DNA from: Thermoproteota archaeon
GTDB lineage: Archaea > Korarchaeota > Korarchaeia > B14-G2
Assembly (NCBI GenBank): GCA_037917675.1
Contig: JAVCBW010000057.1
Coordinates: 1 to 54,035 of the forward strand
Length of the DNA stretch: 54,035 nt
Reading direction: 5' to 3'
Position 1 is the first letter of the stretch, and each line of letters opens with the position of its first letter. The position numbers and the translations under genes were made by a program. Under the pieces are notes generated by a model. The model was not told the origin of the DNA. It saw nothing but the letters and a program-made list of their open reading frames with translations, and searched no databases. Below are positions 1 through 8,274 of this stretch, in pieces.

Positions 1-99
1 GCTGAAATAGCTCCTCCTGGATCCAGTGTCGAATAAAGCTCTTGCCTCCACAACCATCTCATCCTTGTGGACCCTAATCTTCTCCTCAACCCTAACCAT
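1..99 (-). CDS. Partial retropepsin-like (clan AA) aspartyl protease; N-terminus only, runs off the window edge
   Basis: Not in the ORF track. Manual translation from ATG at 99 gives MVRVEEKIRVHKDEMVVEARALFDTGSRRSYFS, containing the ALFDTGS catalytic motif. Confidence 0.7.
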   Translation of the reverse strand, partial: MVRVEEKIRVHKDEMVVEARALFDTGSRRSYFS

Positions 100-334
100 C
101 TCTTCACCCTTAACAGCATATTAGGATTTAAAGTCTTGAGAAAAGCCAGGAGCTACAAGATCATGGAAGACATCAAAGCATTTGAAAGCGGATTGGATGC
201 AATTGTTGTGATTTGCGATGAGAAGATTAAGCATTAAAGAGGATGAAGTACAGGCTTTACGCGTTGATGGAAAGCGAGCATGAAGATTAAAGATGCTGTC
301 TGATTTGCCTTAGAAGAACATATCCTACTGGGAA

Positions 335-410
335 GGCAGTTTACGAGGGCAAAAGAACCCAGGTTGGCAGTTTCGCGAGCAAAACCCTCTCTGGGCGGTT
401 TGCGAGGCCG
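335..410. repeat. Three degenerate direct repeats (GGCRGTTT..CGAG) about 30 bp apart
   Basis: GGCAGTTTACGAG at 335, GGCAGTTTCGCGAG at 366, GGCGGTTTGCGAG at 394; the first two are followed by (G)GCAAAA..ACCC. Confidence 0.5.
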
Positions 411-601
411 TAGAGCTTCTTCCTGAACTCTGAGCACTTTCTTGCTGAGCACCCCTACTCTCTGAGCTTTTCGCCTCCCTCCTCGTAGGTTTCTGAGGCC
501 TTATAGTTTCCAGCCTCAATTATGGTGGTGATTAGAGTGGGGCTGATGGCAGCTGCACATGGCAGTGGAGGCAGGTGTTGAGGTGGCTCTCTACTGTCAG
601 C

Positions 602-645
602 TGTGCGGTACCGCACAAGTCAAGGTTATCGACCATAGCCTTGAC
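602..645. repeat. Tandem inverted repeats just upstream of the integrase
   Basis: Perfect 16-bp palindrome TGTGCGGTACCGCACA (602-617), then GTCAAGGTTAT-CGACC-ATAGCCTTGAC (619-645; 11-bp arms, 1 mismatch). Confidence 0.75.
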
Positions 646-687
646 CTAAGGCAAGGTTAATAACAGGCTTGGGCTGAGGCTCTCAGC

Positions 688-1641
688 ATGGGCGCCAGCA
701 TATCTGAGAGGAACCTTGAGGCCATAGAGGGCTTCCTAGCTGAGCTTAGGGCTCAGGGTCTGTCTGAGAGCACCTTGAGGAGCTACTTGAAGGCCCTGAG
801 GTCTCTGGCTAGGTTCCTTGGAGAGAAGCATTTCAGGAGGGCTTCTAGAGGAGACCTGGTCAAGTGGGCTGGCAGCCTAGAGGTCGGTGAGTCGACTAGA
901 GCACTCTACCTGACTTTGGTCAGGAGGTTTTATAGGTGGCTTTATGGGAGCAAGGGCTATCCCAAGGCTGTTGCCTGGGCTAAGCCTAAGGCTAGGAGGA
1001 GGCTTCCCAGGATGCTGCTTACTAGAGGTGAGGTTGAGAGGATGGCTAGTGTAGCAGATAGCCCCAGGGATAGAGCTATTGTGCTAGTGCTCTATGAGAG
1101 TGGTATGCGAGCAGGAGAGCTGCTTAGCTTGAGGGTTGGTGACGTGAGCTTCGACAGGTATGGTGCTGTAGTCGTCGTGTCAGGGAAGACAGGGGATAGG
1201 AGGATCAGGCTAGTTGACTCAGCTCAAGCACTCAGAGAGTGGCTCAGGTACCATCCTGGGAGGGGGGATCCTGAGGCTCCTCTCTGGGCTTCTAGGTCTG
1301 GAGCCCTAGGCTACCATGGGCTTAGGAAGCTCATGGGGAGGCTAGCTGAGAAGGCAGCTGTGAGGAAGAGGGTGACACCCCACCTCTTCAGGCACAGTAG
1401 GATGACTGAGCTCGCTAAGATCCTTAGGGAGCCTGAGCTCAGGATAGTAGCAGGCTGGACTCCATCATCGAGGACACCAGCAATATACATGCACCTGAGT
1501 GGAGCAGATGTAGAGGAGAAGATACTCAAGGCAAGAGGGCTGATAGCAGAGGGAGTGAGGTGCCCAAGCTGCAGCTATGTAAACCCAGAGCAGGCAAGCT
1601 ACTGCATGAGCTGTGGGGCAAAGCTGGAGCCTACCAGCTAG
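688..1641 (+). CDS. Tyrosine recombinase/integrase with C-terminal zinc ribbon
   Basis: Catalytic R (YESGMRAGEL), K (SGKTG), HxxR (PHLFRHS), W (AGWT), Y (PAIYMHLS); N-terminal core-binding domain; C-terminal CPSC..CMSC. Confidence 0.92.
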   Translation: MGASISERNLEAIEGFLAELRAQGLSESTLRSYLKALRSLARFLGEKHFRRASRGDLVKWAGSLEVGESTRALYLTLVRRFYRWLYGSKGYPKAVAWAKPKARRRLPRMLLTRGEVERMASVADSPRDRAIVLVLYESGMRAGELLSLRVGDVSFDRYGAVVVVSGKTGDRRIRLVDSAQALREWLRYHPGRGDPEAPLWASRSGALGYHGLRKLMGRLAEKAAVRKRVTPHLFRHSRMTELAKILREPELRIVAGWTPSSRTPAIYMHLSGADVEEKILKARGLIAEGVRCPSCSYVNPEQASYCMSCGAKLEPTS

Positions 1642-1706
1642 CCCACCTGGCTACCAGCCTTCATAGGCTTTATTAGGGTGTGTGCTAGTGTAGGCTAGGT
1701 GGCTGG

Positions 1707-3056
1707 TTGGCTGGTGAGACACGTAAGCTAGCTGAGTTCGCCTCCTCCATCTCCTATAGGTCTCTGCCAAGAGAGGTTGTGGAGAGGGTTGGAGTGCTCT
1801 TCGCTGACTGGCTTGCCTCAGCTCTAGGAGGCTCAGTTGAGGTGCCTGGGAGGATTGCTGCTAGAGTAGCTAGGAGGCTTGGTGGGCCACCTGAGTCTAC
1901 TGTAGTCGGCTATGGAGACAGGGTCTCTTGCTTCTCTGCATCCTTCGCTAACGGAGTGATGTCTCACATCCTTGAGCTAGACGACGTCCATAGGAGGTCA
2001 GTGACACACCCTGGTGCAGCTGTCTTCCCAGCTGCCTTAGCTGTGTGGGAGGCTACTGGAGGCGGTGGAGAGAAGCTTGTTGAAGCTGCTGTAGCAGGAT
2101 ATGAGCTTGTAGCAAGGGTTGGAGAGGCAGCTGGAGCGAGCCACTATGAAATATGGCATACCACCGCCACAGCAGGGACCTTTGGTGCTGCTGCAGCAGC
2201 AGGTAGGCTGCTTGAGCTGAGCTCAGAGGAGATGGCTTGGGCTCTCGGCTCAGCTGGCACCTCAGCTTCAGGCCTATGGGAGTTCCTAGAGGAGGGGGCT
2301 ATGAGCAAGCACCTCCATGCTGGGAAGGCAGCTGCTCTAGGCGTGCTCTCAGCTATGCTAGCTGAGGAGGGCTTCACCGGGTCTACTACGATACTCGAGG
2401 GAAGAAGAGGCTTCCTCAAGGCTACCTCTAGGAGCCCAGATCTCAGCGCCCTCACAGATGGGCTTGGTGAGGGCTATAAGGTCATGGAGGCCTCGATAAA
2501 GCCACATGCATCATGTAGGCACACACACTCAGCTATAGATGCAGCACTCAAGCTCAGAGGAGAATTCGACTTAGGTGAGGTGACTGAGGTGAAGGTTGAA
2601 GTCTATGGTGACGCGCTCAAGATAGCTGGGAACCCGAGGCCAAAGACCCCATATGAAGCTAAGTTCAGCTTAGCCTACTGTGTTGCTGTAGCCCTGCTCC
2701 ATGGGAAAGCTGGCGTCAGCGAGTTCACAGCAGATAAGCTGAGGAGCAGGGAGCTCAGGTCTCTGATGAAGAAGGTGAAGGCTGAGGTCAGCAGTGAGCT
2801 AGACAGGATGTACCCTGACAAGTTCCCAGCTAGAGTCACAGTCTACACTAGGAGTGGAAGCTACACAGCTCAAGTAGAATACCCTCTAGGAGACCCAGAG
2901 AACCCTGTTTCAAGACAGCAGCTTGAAGGGAAGTTTAGGGAGCTTGCCTCCAGAGCTCTCCCACCTGAGAAGGCAGCTAGAGCATTCGAAGCCGCCTTGA
3001 AGCCATGGCTCCTCAGCTCTCCAAGAGACATCATCTCAGCCATCACACCATCGTAG
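1707..3056 (+). CDS. MmgE/PrpD family protein
   Basis: SHILELDDVH..HP, WHTT, KPHASCRHTH, AKFSLAY and GDPENP motifs; TTG start. Confidence 0.9.
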   Translation: MAGETRKLAEFASSISYRSLPREVVERVGVLFADWLASALGGSVEVPGRIAARVARRLGGPPESTVVGYGDRVSCFSASFANGVMSHILELDDVHRRSVTHPGAAVFPAALAVWEATGGGGEKLVEAAVAGYELVARVGEAAGASHYEIWHTTATAGTFGAAAAAGRLLELSSEEMAWALGSAGTSASGLWEFLEEGAMSKHLHAGKAAALGVLSAMLAEEGFTGSTTILEGRRGFLKATSRSPDLSALTDGLGEGYKVMEASIKPHASCRHTHSAIDAALKLRGEFDLGEVTEVKVEVYGDALKIAGNPRPKTPYEAKFSLAYCVAVALLHGKAGVSEFTADKLRSRELRSLMKKVKAEVSSELDRMYPDKFPARVTVYTRSGSYTAQVEYPLGDPENPVSRQQLEGKFRELASRALPPEKAARAFEAALKPWLLSSPRDIISAITPS

Positions 3057-3980
3057 CTAGCTCCTATAGCTTGAGATGACCTCTGAGATCCCAGCTTCCA
3101 GCGTGACCGTAGGCTGGAAGCCTAGCTCAGCTCTCGCCCTAGATATGTCAGCATAGCTATGTGTTATGTCACCTACCCTAGGGGCAGCATGCTTTGGCTT
3201 GAGGCTTAAGCTAGCTAGCTTGAGGCAGAGGCTTGCTAGGTCTATTATCCTAGTGGGCTTCCCTGACGCTATGTTATAGACCTGGCTTGGAGCCTCCTTC
3301 ACCAATGCTAGGAGAGCTGCCCTAGCTGCATCAGAGACATGTATGAAGTCTCTAGTCTGCTCTCCACTCCCATAGATGACTGGAGGAAGCCTACGCGCTA
3401 CCCTAGATGCGAACCTCGCTACCACACCAGAGTACTCTGTGTCAGGCTGGCCTACACCATATATGTTGAAGTACCTGAGTGAGACTGTCTTGAGCCCCCT
3501 CCTGGCATAAGCTGAGGCATATAGCTCTCCTGCAAGCTTGCTCACGCCATAGGGTGAGATGGGGCGTGCTGGAGTGGTCTCCTTGAGAGGAAGCTCAGCT
3601 GGCTCACCGTAGACTGCAGCTGAAGACGCGTATATGAGCTTATCGACCCCGCTCTGGTATGATGCCTCTAGCACAGCAGCTGTCCCACCTGCATTCACAT
3701 CATTAACCTCCTGTGGCCTACTCCAAGAGTAGCTTACACTCACCCTAGCTGCAAGGTGCAGTGTGTAGTCTGCTCTCCTAGCTAGCCTCCTGACGAGCTC
3801 AATGTCCCTGACGTCTCCTAGGTGAAACTCTGCCTTACCAGACTCAACTAGCCTAGAGACTCTGCTGTAGCTTCCAGTGCTCAAGTCGTCTAGGACTATG
3901 ATGTAGAAGCCCTCGCTAGCCAGCATCCTAGCTAAATGGGAGCCTAGGAACCCTGCTCCACCTGTGAGCAGCACTGACAT
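3057..3980 (-). CDS. NAD-dependent epimerase/dehydratase (UDP-glucose 4-epimerase-like extended SDR)
   Basis: TGGAGFLGS Rossmann motif, SSAAVYG, YGVSK, LRYFNIYG, QTRDFIHV. Confidence 0.92.
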   Translation of the reverse strand: MSVLLTGGAGFLGSHLARMLASEGFYIIVLDDLSTGSYSRVSRLVESGKAEFHLGDVRDIELVRRLARRADYTLHLAARVSVSYSWSRPQEVNDVNAGGTAAVLEASYQSGVDKLIYASSAAVYGEPAELPLKETTPARPISPYGVSKLAGELYASAYARRGLKTVSLRYFNIYGVGQPDTEYSGVVARFASRVARRLPPVIYGSGEQTRDFIHVSDAARAALLALVKEAPSQVYNIASGKPTRIIDLASLCLKLASLSLKPKHAAPRVGDITHSYADISRARAELGFQPTVTLEAGISEVISSYRS

Positions 3981-4002
3981 AGGAGCCTATGCATGAGGTG
4001 AT

Positions 4003-6258
4003 TTAAGCCTCTATCTCTAGATGCCTCTCCTCTAAGTGAGCTGTCTTCCTCTGCTCCTCCATCCTCTTCCAGGCCTCACTTGGCATGGCAGCTGCCTTAG
4101 CAGGATAGATGTCTACATCCACCTCTACCAGAACAGGGAATGGAGCTGGGACAGCTGGCCCCCATGCTAGAGCCTGGTGGTCTGCTAGCCCTGGTAGGAT
4201 GCTTCTCAAGCTGCTGTCTCCCTGCTCAGTGTACCTTGCTATAGCATCCTGGTCTGCTCCACTCCTCATCCTGAAGCAGAAGACTGAGTTAGCTTGGCTT
4301 ATCACGTTCTTGGAGACGTAAGCTGGCCTCTGAGTGACCATTATGAACCCTAGGTTATAGCCTCCAGCTTGGCTGACAGCTTCAGTGAAAACCTTGTCTA
4401 CTCCAGTAGACTGAGGGCTGCTTACCATCGGAGCATTCCTCTCTGGTGCGATATACTGGGCTTCCTCCACCACAGTTATCAGAGCAAACTCCCCTGTACT
4501 CCTCTGCTCTACAGCATGGTCTACTAGCGTCCTGAGAAGCTCCTTGACAACCATATACTGCCTAGTGAAGTCGACGTCAACTGAGAAGTCGACTATGGTG
4601 AGAGGAAACCTCCTCACTAGCTCGAGGATCTCAGCTGACTCTCTGCATGCGAGGTCATCTATGACATCCCTACACTCATCTATCCTCACAGCTATCTCAG
4701 CTAGGTGCCTACGCCCACCTGTTAAGCTCAGTAGAGCCCTACACTCTGAGAGGATGCTTCTGCTATTGACTTGGTCACCACGCCTCTGAAGCCTCTCAAC
4801 AGCCTCCATCACAACCTGAGCAGCCTTGCTCCTAGCAGTAGTGTAGCCTAGCATCCTAGCTATGTCACTTGGGTTGAGAGACCTGCTTGAAGCTAGAGCA
4901 TCATAGGGTATTGTAACCCCACCATACTTGGCTAGAGGAGCATACTCCCCTCTCCTATCTAAGACGAGGAAGGTAGGCTTATACTTCAGGAATGTGAGGC
5001 TCCTCTTAAGGAGGGTCATGACGAAGCTGCTGTTATGAACGAATAGGCTGTTAGCTAGGAAAGTGCCTCCATCAGCTACCTCAACATCATATACCACTGG
5101 AGGCAGCCTAGTCCTAACTACTCTCCTAACAGGGTCGAGTGTGATCCACCCTGATGCGACAGCCTCAAGTACAGCTAGGCACCTCCTAGCCTTCCTGACT
5201 GAGGCGTTCCTTGCAGCTGCTCTCACCATGCTCCTCAGGGCCCTGACGAGCCTAGACAGCACTTCTCTGCAGCACATGCCCTCCCTGCAGGCCTGCTTGA
5301 CCAGGCTGAGCCTGACACCAGCTTTGGCAGCAAGCCTATACAAGCTGACCCTGAGAGCCTTCCTGCAGGCATCTAGGAGGGTGCCGACATAGAGCTCACT
5401 GCTTTCCCCTCCTTGCCCAGGTAGCTCTTCTCCCCTCGGAGATATCATCATCATGCCCTCCCTGAGGAGGGAAGCCTTCGTTACGACAGCTCCACCATCT
5501 GTCACAGCTATGATGGAGTGGTCCCTCGTCGCTCTAAGGCTTCTGCCTCCCTCTGTCTCGACCTCAACGCCCTCAAGTGGAGCCCTATGGCCTATGACGC
5601 CTGCTATCCTGCTCCACCTCCAGCTGAGGTCTCTACTGAGCGAGACAGTATAGGTGCTGTCCTCTAGCGTGAGCTCAGATACCTCAATCCACCTAGCTGA
5701 CCTCTCTGAGGTCATGTAGATGAGGACTTTGCTGTCAGGAGCTATGCTCTTCCCGCTTCTAGTCATCCCAGCTACGAAGGCGTGGCCTCTAGCTATGGCA
5801 TCAAGGTCTACCCAGAAGGCTGCTCCTACACCTGATATGGTGCCAACTGGAACCTTAGCCTTAGAGTGGGAGGCGTAGCTTTCAAAGAACTGCCTTAAGG
5901 TGTAGCTGTCAGGCTTATAGACTGGAGTCCAGGTTGGAGGAGGAGCCTCAAGATACATGAACCTACCTGAGTCAACATAGCCGAGGACCTCACACTCTCC
6001 TACAATGTACTCAAGCTGGGTTCCAGCCTGAAGCTCTAGCCCACGGCTCCCAGCTAGAGCCCCTAGAGCCCCAAGCGTCATCTCAGGGTTTATCGGCTTC
6101 AGGTTGGATACCCTCATGAGCACAAGCTTTGCTCCATCATGGTATAGCGGGTGCTCTATGACGCAGAAGTCTCCTACCTTCACGCTCTCATCGTTCTTCT
6201 TCACGAAGAGAACCTTCTGGATGTCGCTTTCAGCTAGGGTGAAGCCTATGACCCTCAT
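4003..6258 (-). CDS. herA: HerA-family ATPase/translocase precursor containing an intein
   Basis: N-terminal HAS-barrel-like region; Walker A GMTRSGK|SS split by an intein; LDRRGEY; Walker B ITVVEEAQ; TQRP motif; directly downstream of a nurA-like gene. Confidence 0.85.
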   Translation of the reverse strand: MRVIGFTLAESDIQKVLFVKKNDESVKVGDFCVIEHPLYHDGAKLVLMRVSNLKPINPEMTLGALGALAGSRGLELQAGTQLEYIVGECEVLGYVDSGRFMYLEAPPPTWTPVYKPDSYTLRQFFESYASHSKAKVPVGTISGVGAAFWVDLDAIARGHAFVAGMTRSGKSIAPDSKVLIYMTSERSARWIEVSELTLEDSTYTVSLSRDLSWRWSRIAGVIGHRAPLEGVEVETEGGRSLRATRDHSIIAVTDGGAVVTKASLLREGMMMISPRGEELPGQGGESSELYVGTLLDACRKALRVSLYRLAAKAGVRLSLVKQACREGMCCREVLSRLVRALRSMVRAAARNASVRKARRCLAVLEAVASGWITLDPVRRVVRTRLPPVVYDVEVADGGTFLANSLFVHNSSFVMTLLKRSLTFLKYKPTFLVLDRRGEYAPLAKYGGVTIPYDALASSRSLNPSDIARMLGYTTARSKAAQVVMEAVERLQRRGDQVNSRSILSECRALLSLTGGRRHLAEIAVRIDECRDVIDDLACRESAEILELVRRFPLTIVDFSVDVDFTRQYMVVKELLRTLVDHAVEQRSTGEFALITVVEEAQYIAPERNAPMVSSPQSTGVDKVFTEAVSQAGGYNLGFIMVTQRPAYVSKNVISQANSVFCFRMRSGADQDAIARYTEQGDSSLRSILPGLADHQALAWGPAVPAPFPVLVEVDVDIYPAKAAAMPSEAWKRMEEQRKTAHLEERHLEIEA
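5032..5748 (-). mobile_element. Intein (239 aa, residues 171-409) inserted in the HerA P-loop; no LAGLIDADG evident, central HTH-like segment
   Basis: Block A SIAPDSKVLI, block B SLRATRDH (TxxH), blocks F/G VYDVEVADGGTFLANSLFVHN followed by Ser(+1). Excision restores GMTRSGKSSF. Confidence 0.9.
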
Positions 6259-6261
6259 CCC

Positions 6262-7305
6262 CTACACCTCAAGGCTCTCTCCATAGATTGGAGCCAGAGC
6301 AGCAAGAGCTTCAGCTGGAAGCTCGCCGCTTGAGACTCTCTTCATCACACGTGAGAGCAGCAATAAGGCTGCTGCTCTAGCTGACCTAGGAGACACTCTA
6401 GCATAGAAGTCTGCTACCTCAACTGGAGCAGGGAGCCCTGATGGGCTGATCCAGCAGAAGACCTCATCTATAGCCTGCTCTGCCTCAGCTTCCTGCTCAG
6501 CTGGAAACTCAACCCTAAGAACCCTGCCTGAACCAGACTTCACATAGCAGTAGACCACTCTCCTACTAGACTTCAGCAGCCTAGTCCTATATCCAGGTGG
6601 CAGAAGCAGTGCACAGAGAGCAGCATCCCTTAGCCCCTCCCTACCTACGTGCCTAGCGAGCTCACTGCTCCTAGCTCTCTTCACGACACCAGATAAAACA
6701 GCCCCCCTAGAGACGCAGGAGTCTAGGAGGCTGAGCAAAGCCTCAGAGGCCCTCCTATAGTCCTCCATGTACTCTCTCGACCCCCTCTTGAGCCAGCTTG
6801 GAGGAGTGAGAGAGCCATCCCAGATGATGAGGCTAGGCCTCCACTTCTCTAGAGCTGAAGCTGAGACCTCAGCTTGAAGCCTCAATGCAACCAGGCTAGC
6901 CCTATCAGGTGGGTTGTCTTCACTACTCCAAACCTCACTTGGACTATAGCAGGCTGACATGATGTCAACTGGAGAAGGCCTGCTTGCAAACACGCATGCA
7001 ACAGCTGAGATGAGGGGAAGATACCCTGAGACAAGCTCAACGCCACTGTATCCAGCATCAGATGAGCAGAAAGCTCCCCTTGGCCTCCTAGGCTGAAGCG
7101 GCCTGAGATCTAGCTCAGCTAGGACATCGCTTCCCCTAGCCTTGAGCTCAGCCAGCTCCTCAACAAGCCTCCTAAAGGCCTCCGTGCAGCTAGATGAGAG
7201 CCTGACAAGCGAGCTGACATAGCTCTCTGATAGATCTCTCTGAGCCCAGTTATCAAGTGGGAGCCTAGCCAAGGGGGACACCACTCCAACAGCTAAACTT
7301 AGCAT
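6262..7305 (-). CDS. nurA: NurA-family nuclease
   Basis: SSDAG and IIWDGSL acidic motifs, GVVKR, RVEF, C-terminal GLPAPVEVAD..ARV; 3-bp gap to herA. The true start may be slightly downstream. Confidence 0.8.
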   Translation of the reverse strand: MLSLAVGVVSPLARLPLDNWAQRDLSESYVSSLVRLSSSCTEAFRRLVEELAELKARGSDVLAELDLRPLQPRRPRGAFCSSDAGYSGVELVSGYLPLISAVACVFASRPSPVDIMSACYSPSEVWSSEDNPPDRASLVALRLQAEVSASALEKWRPSLIIWDGSLTPPSWLKRGSREYMEDYRRASEALLSLLDSCVSRGAVLSGVVKRARSSELARHVGREGLRDAALCALLLPPGYRTRLLKSSRRVVYCYVKSGSGRVLRVEFPAEQEAEAEQAIDEVFCWISPSGLPAPVEVADFYARVSPRSARAAALLLLSRVMKRVSSGELPAEALAALAPIYGESLEV

Positions 7306-7344
7306 AGTGAGCTAGGCTTTAACAGTATCTTTCTGAGAGCTCAA

Positions 7345-7410
7345 TTTTCAGCCTAAAGCTGAATTTGCTGCTGAAAAAACCATGGCAGCCATCTAGTCAG
7401 TGTTTTTCAG
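7345..7410. promoter_or_regulatory. Candidate operator inverted repeats in the divergent nurA / regulator spacer
   Basis: TTCAGC-CTAAA-GCTGAA (7347-7363) and CTGAAAAA(7371-7378)-N24-TTTTTCAG(7403-7410); TATA-like CTTATATT near 7436. Confidence 0.4.
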
Positions 7411-7507
7411 TCAAGCTCGTGGCTTGCCCACAAAACTTATATTTGACATGTATAGAGGTTTTGTGATGGAAAAATTCATTTTGGAGAAGTGCCACCAGGT
7501 GGCCTAG

Positions 7508-8236
7508 ATGCAGCAGAGCACATGGAGTGGGCTGGGAGAGCAGAGGACGCTGATAGTAGCTGAGGGAAGCCTAGAGACGATGCTGGAAGCCTTCAAAGCT
7601 GTGATGCCACACATGCTAGTAGTCCTAAGGCAGAGGAGCAGTGGGGTATCTGACATAGCTCAGCTTGAGCTTAGCTTGAAGGCCATACTCAGGAGGCTCC
7701 ACACGCTTGAAGTCGACCTCTCAGACTTCACATCAGTCCTCTCAGCAGCCTGCAGATCCATAGAGAATGCTAGGGGGAGAGCTTATGTACTGATAGACTC
7801 AGAGAGCCCAGCTGCCACAGCAGCACTCTACACAGCATGCCTGCTCAAGGGAGCTCAGCCATTCACCCTCTCAGCTGGAGCACCTAGCCCGCTGCCAGTC
7901 GCAAGGAGCCTAGAGCTAGGTGAGAACGAGAAGGCAGTCCTCCTAGCTCTCCTAGAGCTAGGTGAAGCTACGGTCAGAGAGATAGCCTCTGTTATCAGCC
8001 TAGAGAGAGGCAGGAGAGGGAGGCCTAGGAAGGGTGGAGAGAGAGGGAAAGCAAGGGAGGCTCTCATAGACTACTACATAGACAAGCTGAGGAAGCTTGG
8101 GCTCGTCAAGAACAGCCTGAGGAAGTCGAACAGGCAGCTGATATACCTCCTCACAGAGGAGGGTGAGTCTACTGCCAGGTTCATCGCTGCAGCTGAAGGC
8201 CATCCAGCTCATCCTCAGATAGAGGTCGAAGCCTGA
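7508..8236 (+). CDS. Csa3-like CARF domain + winged-helix transcriptional regulator
   Basis: Rossmann-like N-domain with EVDLSDFTSVL...AYVLID...ATAALYTACLL pattern as in Csa3/DUF6293 proteins; C-terminal wHTH (EKAVLLALLELGEATVREIA...YIDKLRKLGLV...YLLTEEG); AGGTGG RBS. Confidence 0.65.
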   Translation: MQQSTWSGLGEQRTLIVAEGSLETMLEAFKAVMPHMLVVLRQRSSGVSDIAQLELSLKAILRRLHTLEVDLSDFTSVLSAACRSIENARGRAYVLIDSESPAATAALYTACLLKGAQPFTLSAGAPSPLPVARSLELGENEKAVLLALLELGEATVREIASVISLERGRRGRPRKGGERGKAREALIDYYIDKLRKLGLVKNSLRKSNRQLIYLLTEEGESTARFIAAAEGHPAHPQIEVEA

Positions 8237-8274
8237 GGAAGAGCGGAACCTTGTTATACCATCTAGCCTAGGGG

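Noticed and set aside
688-1641. Integrase as chromosomal XerA or as an integron integrase with a cassette array
   Set aside because: It has GW and a Zn ribbon rather than the XerA LGH motif, lacks an obvious IntI insertion, and I found no repeated attC-like motif in the intergenic spacers.
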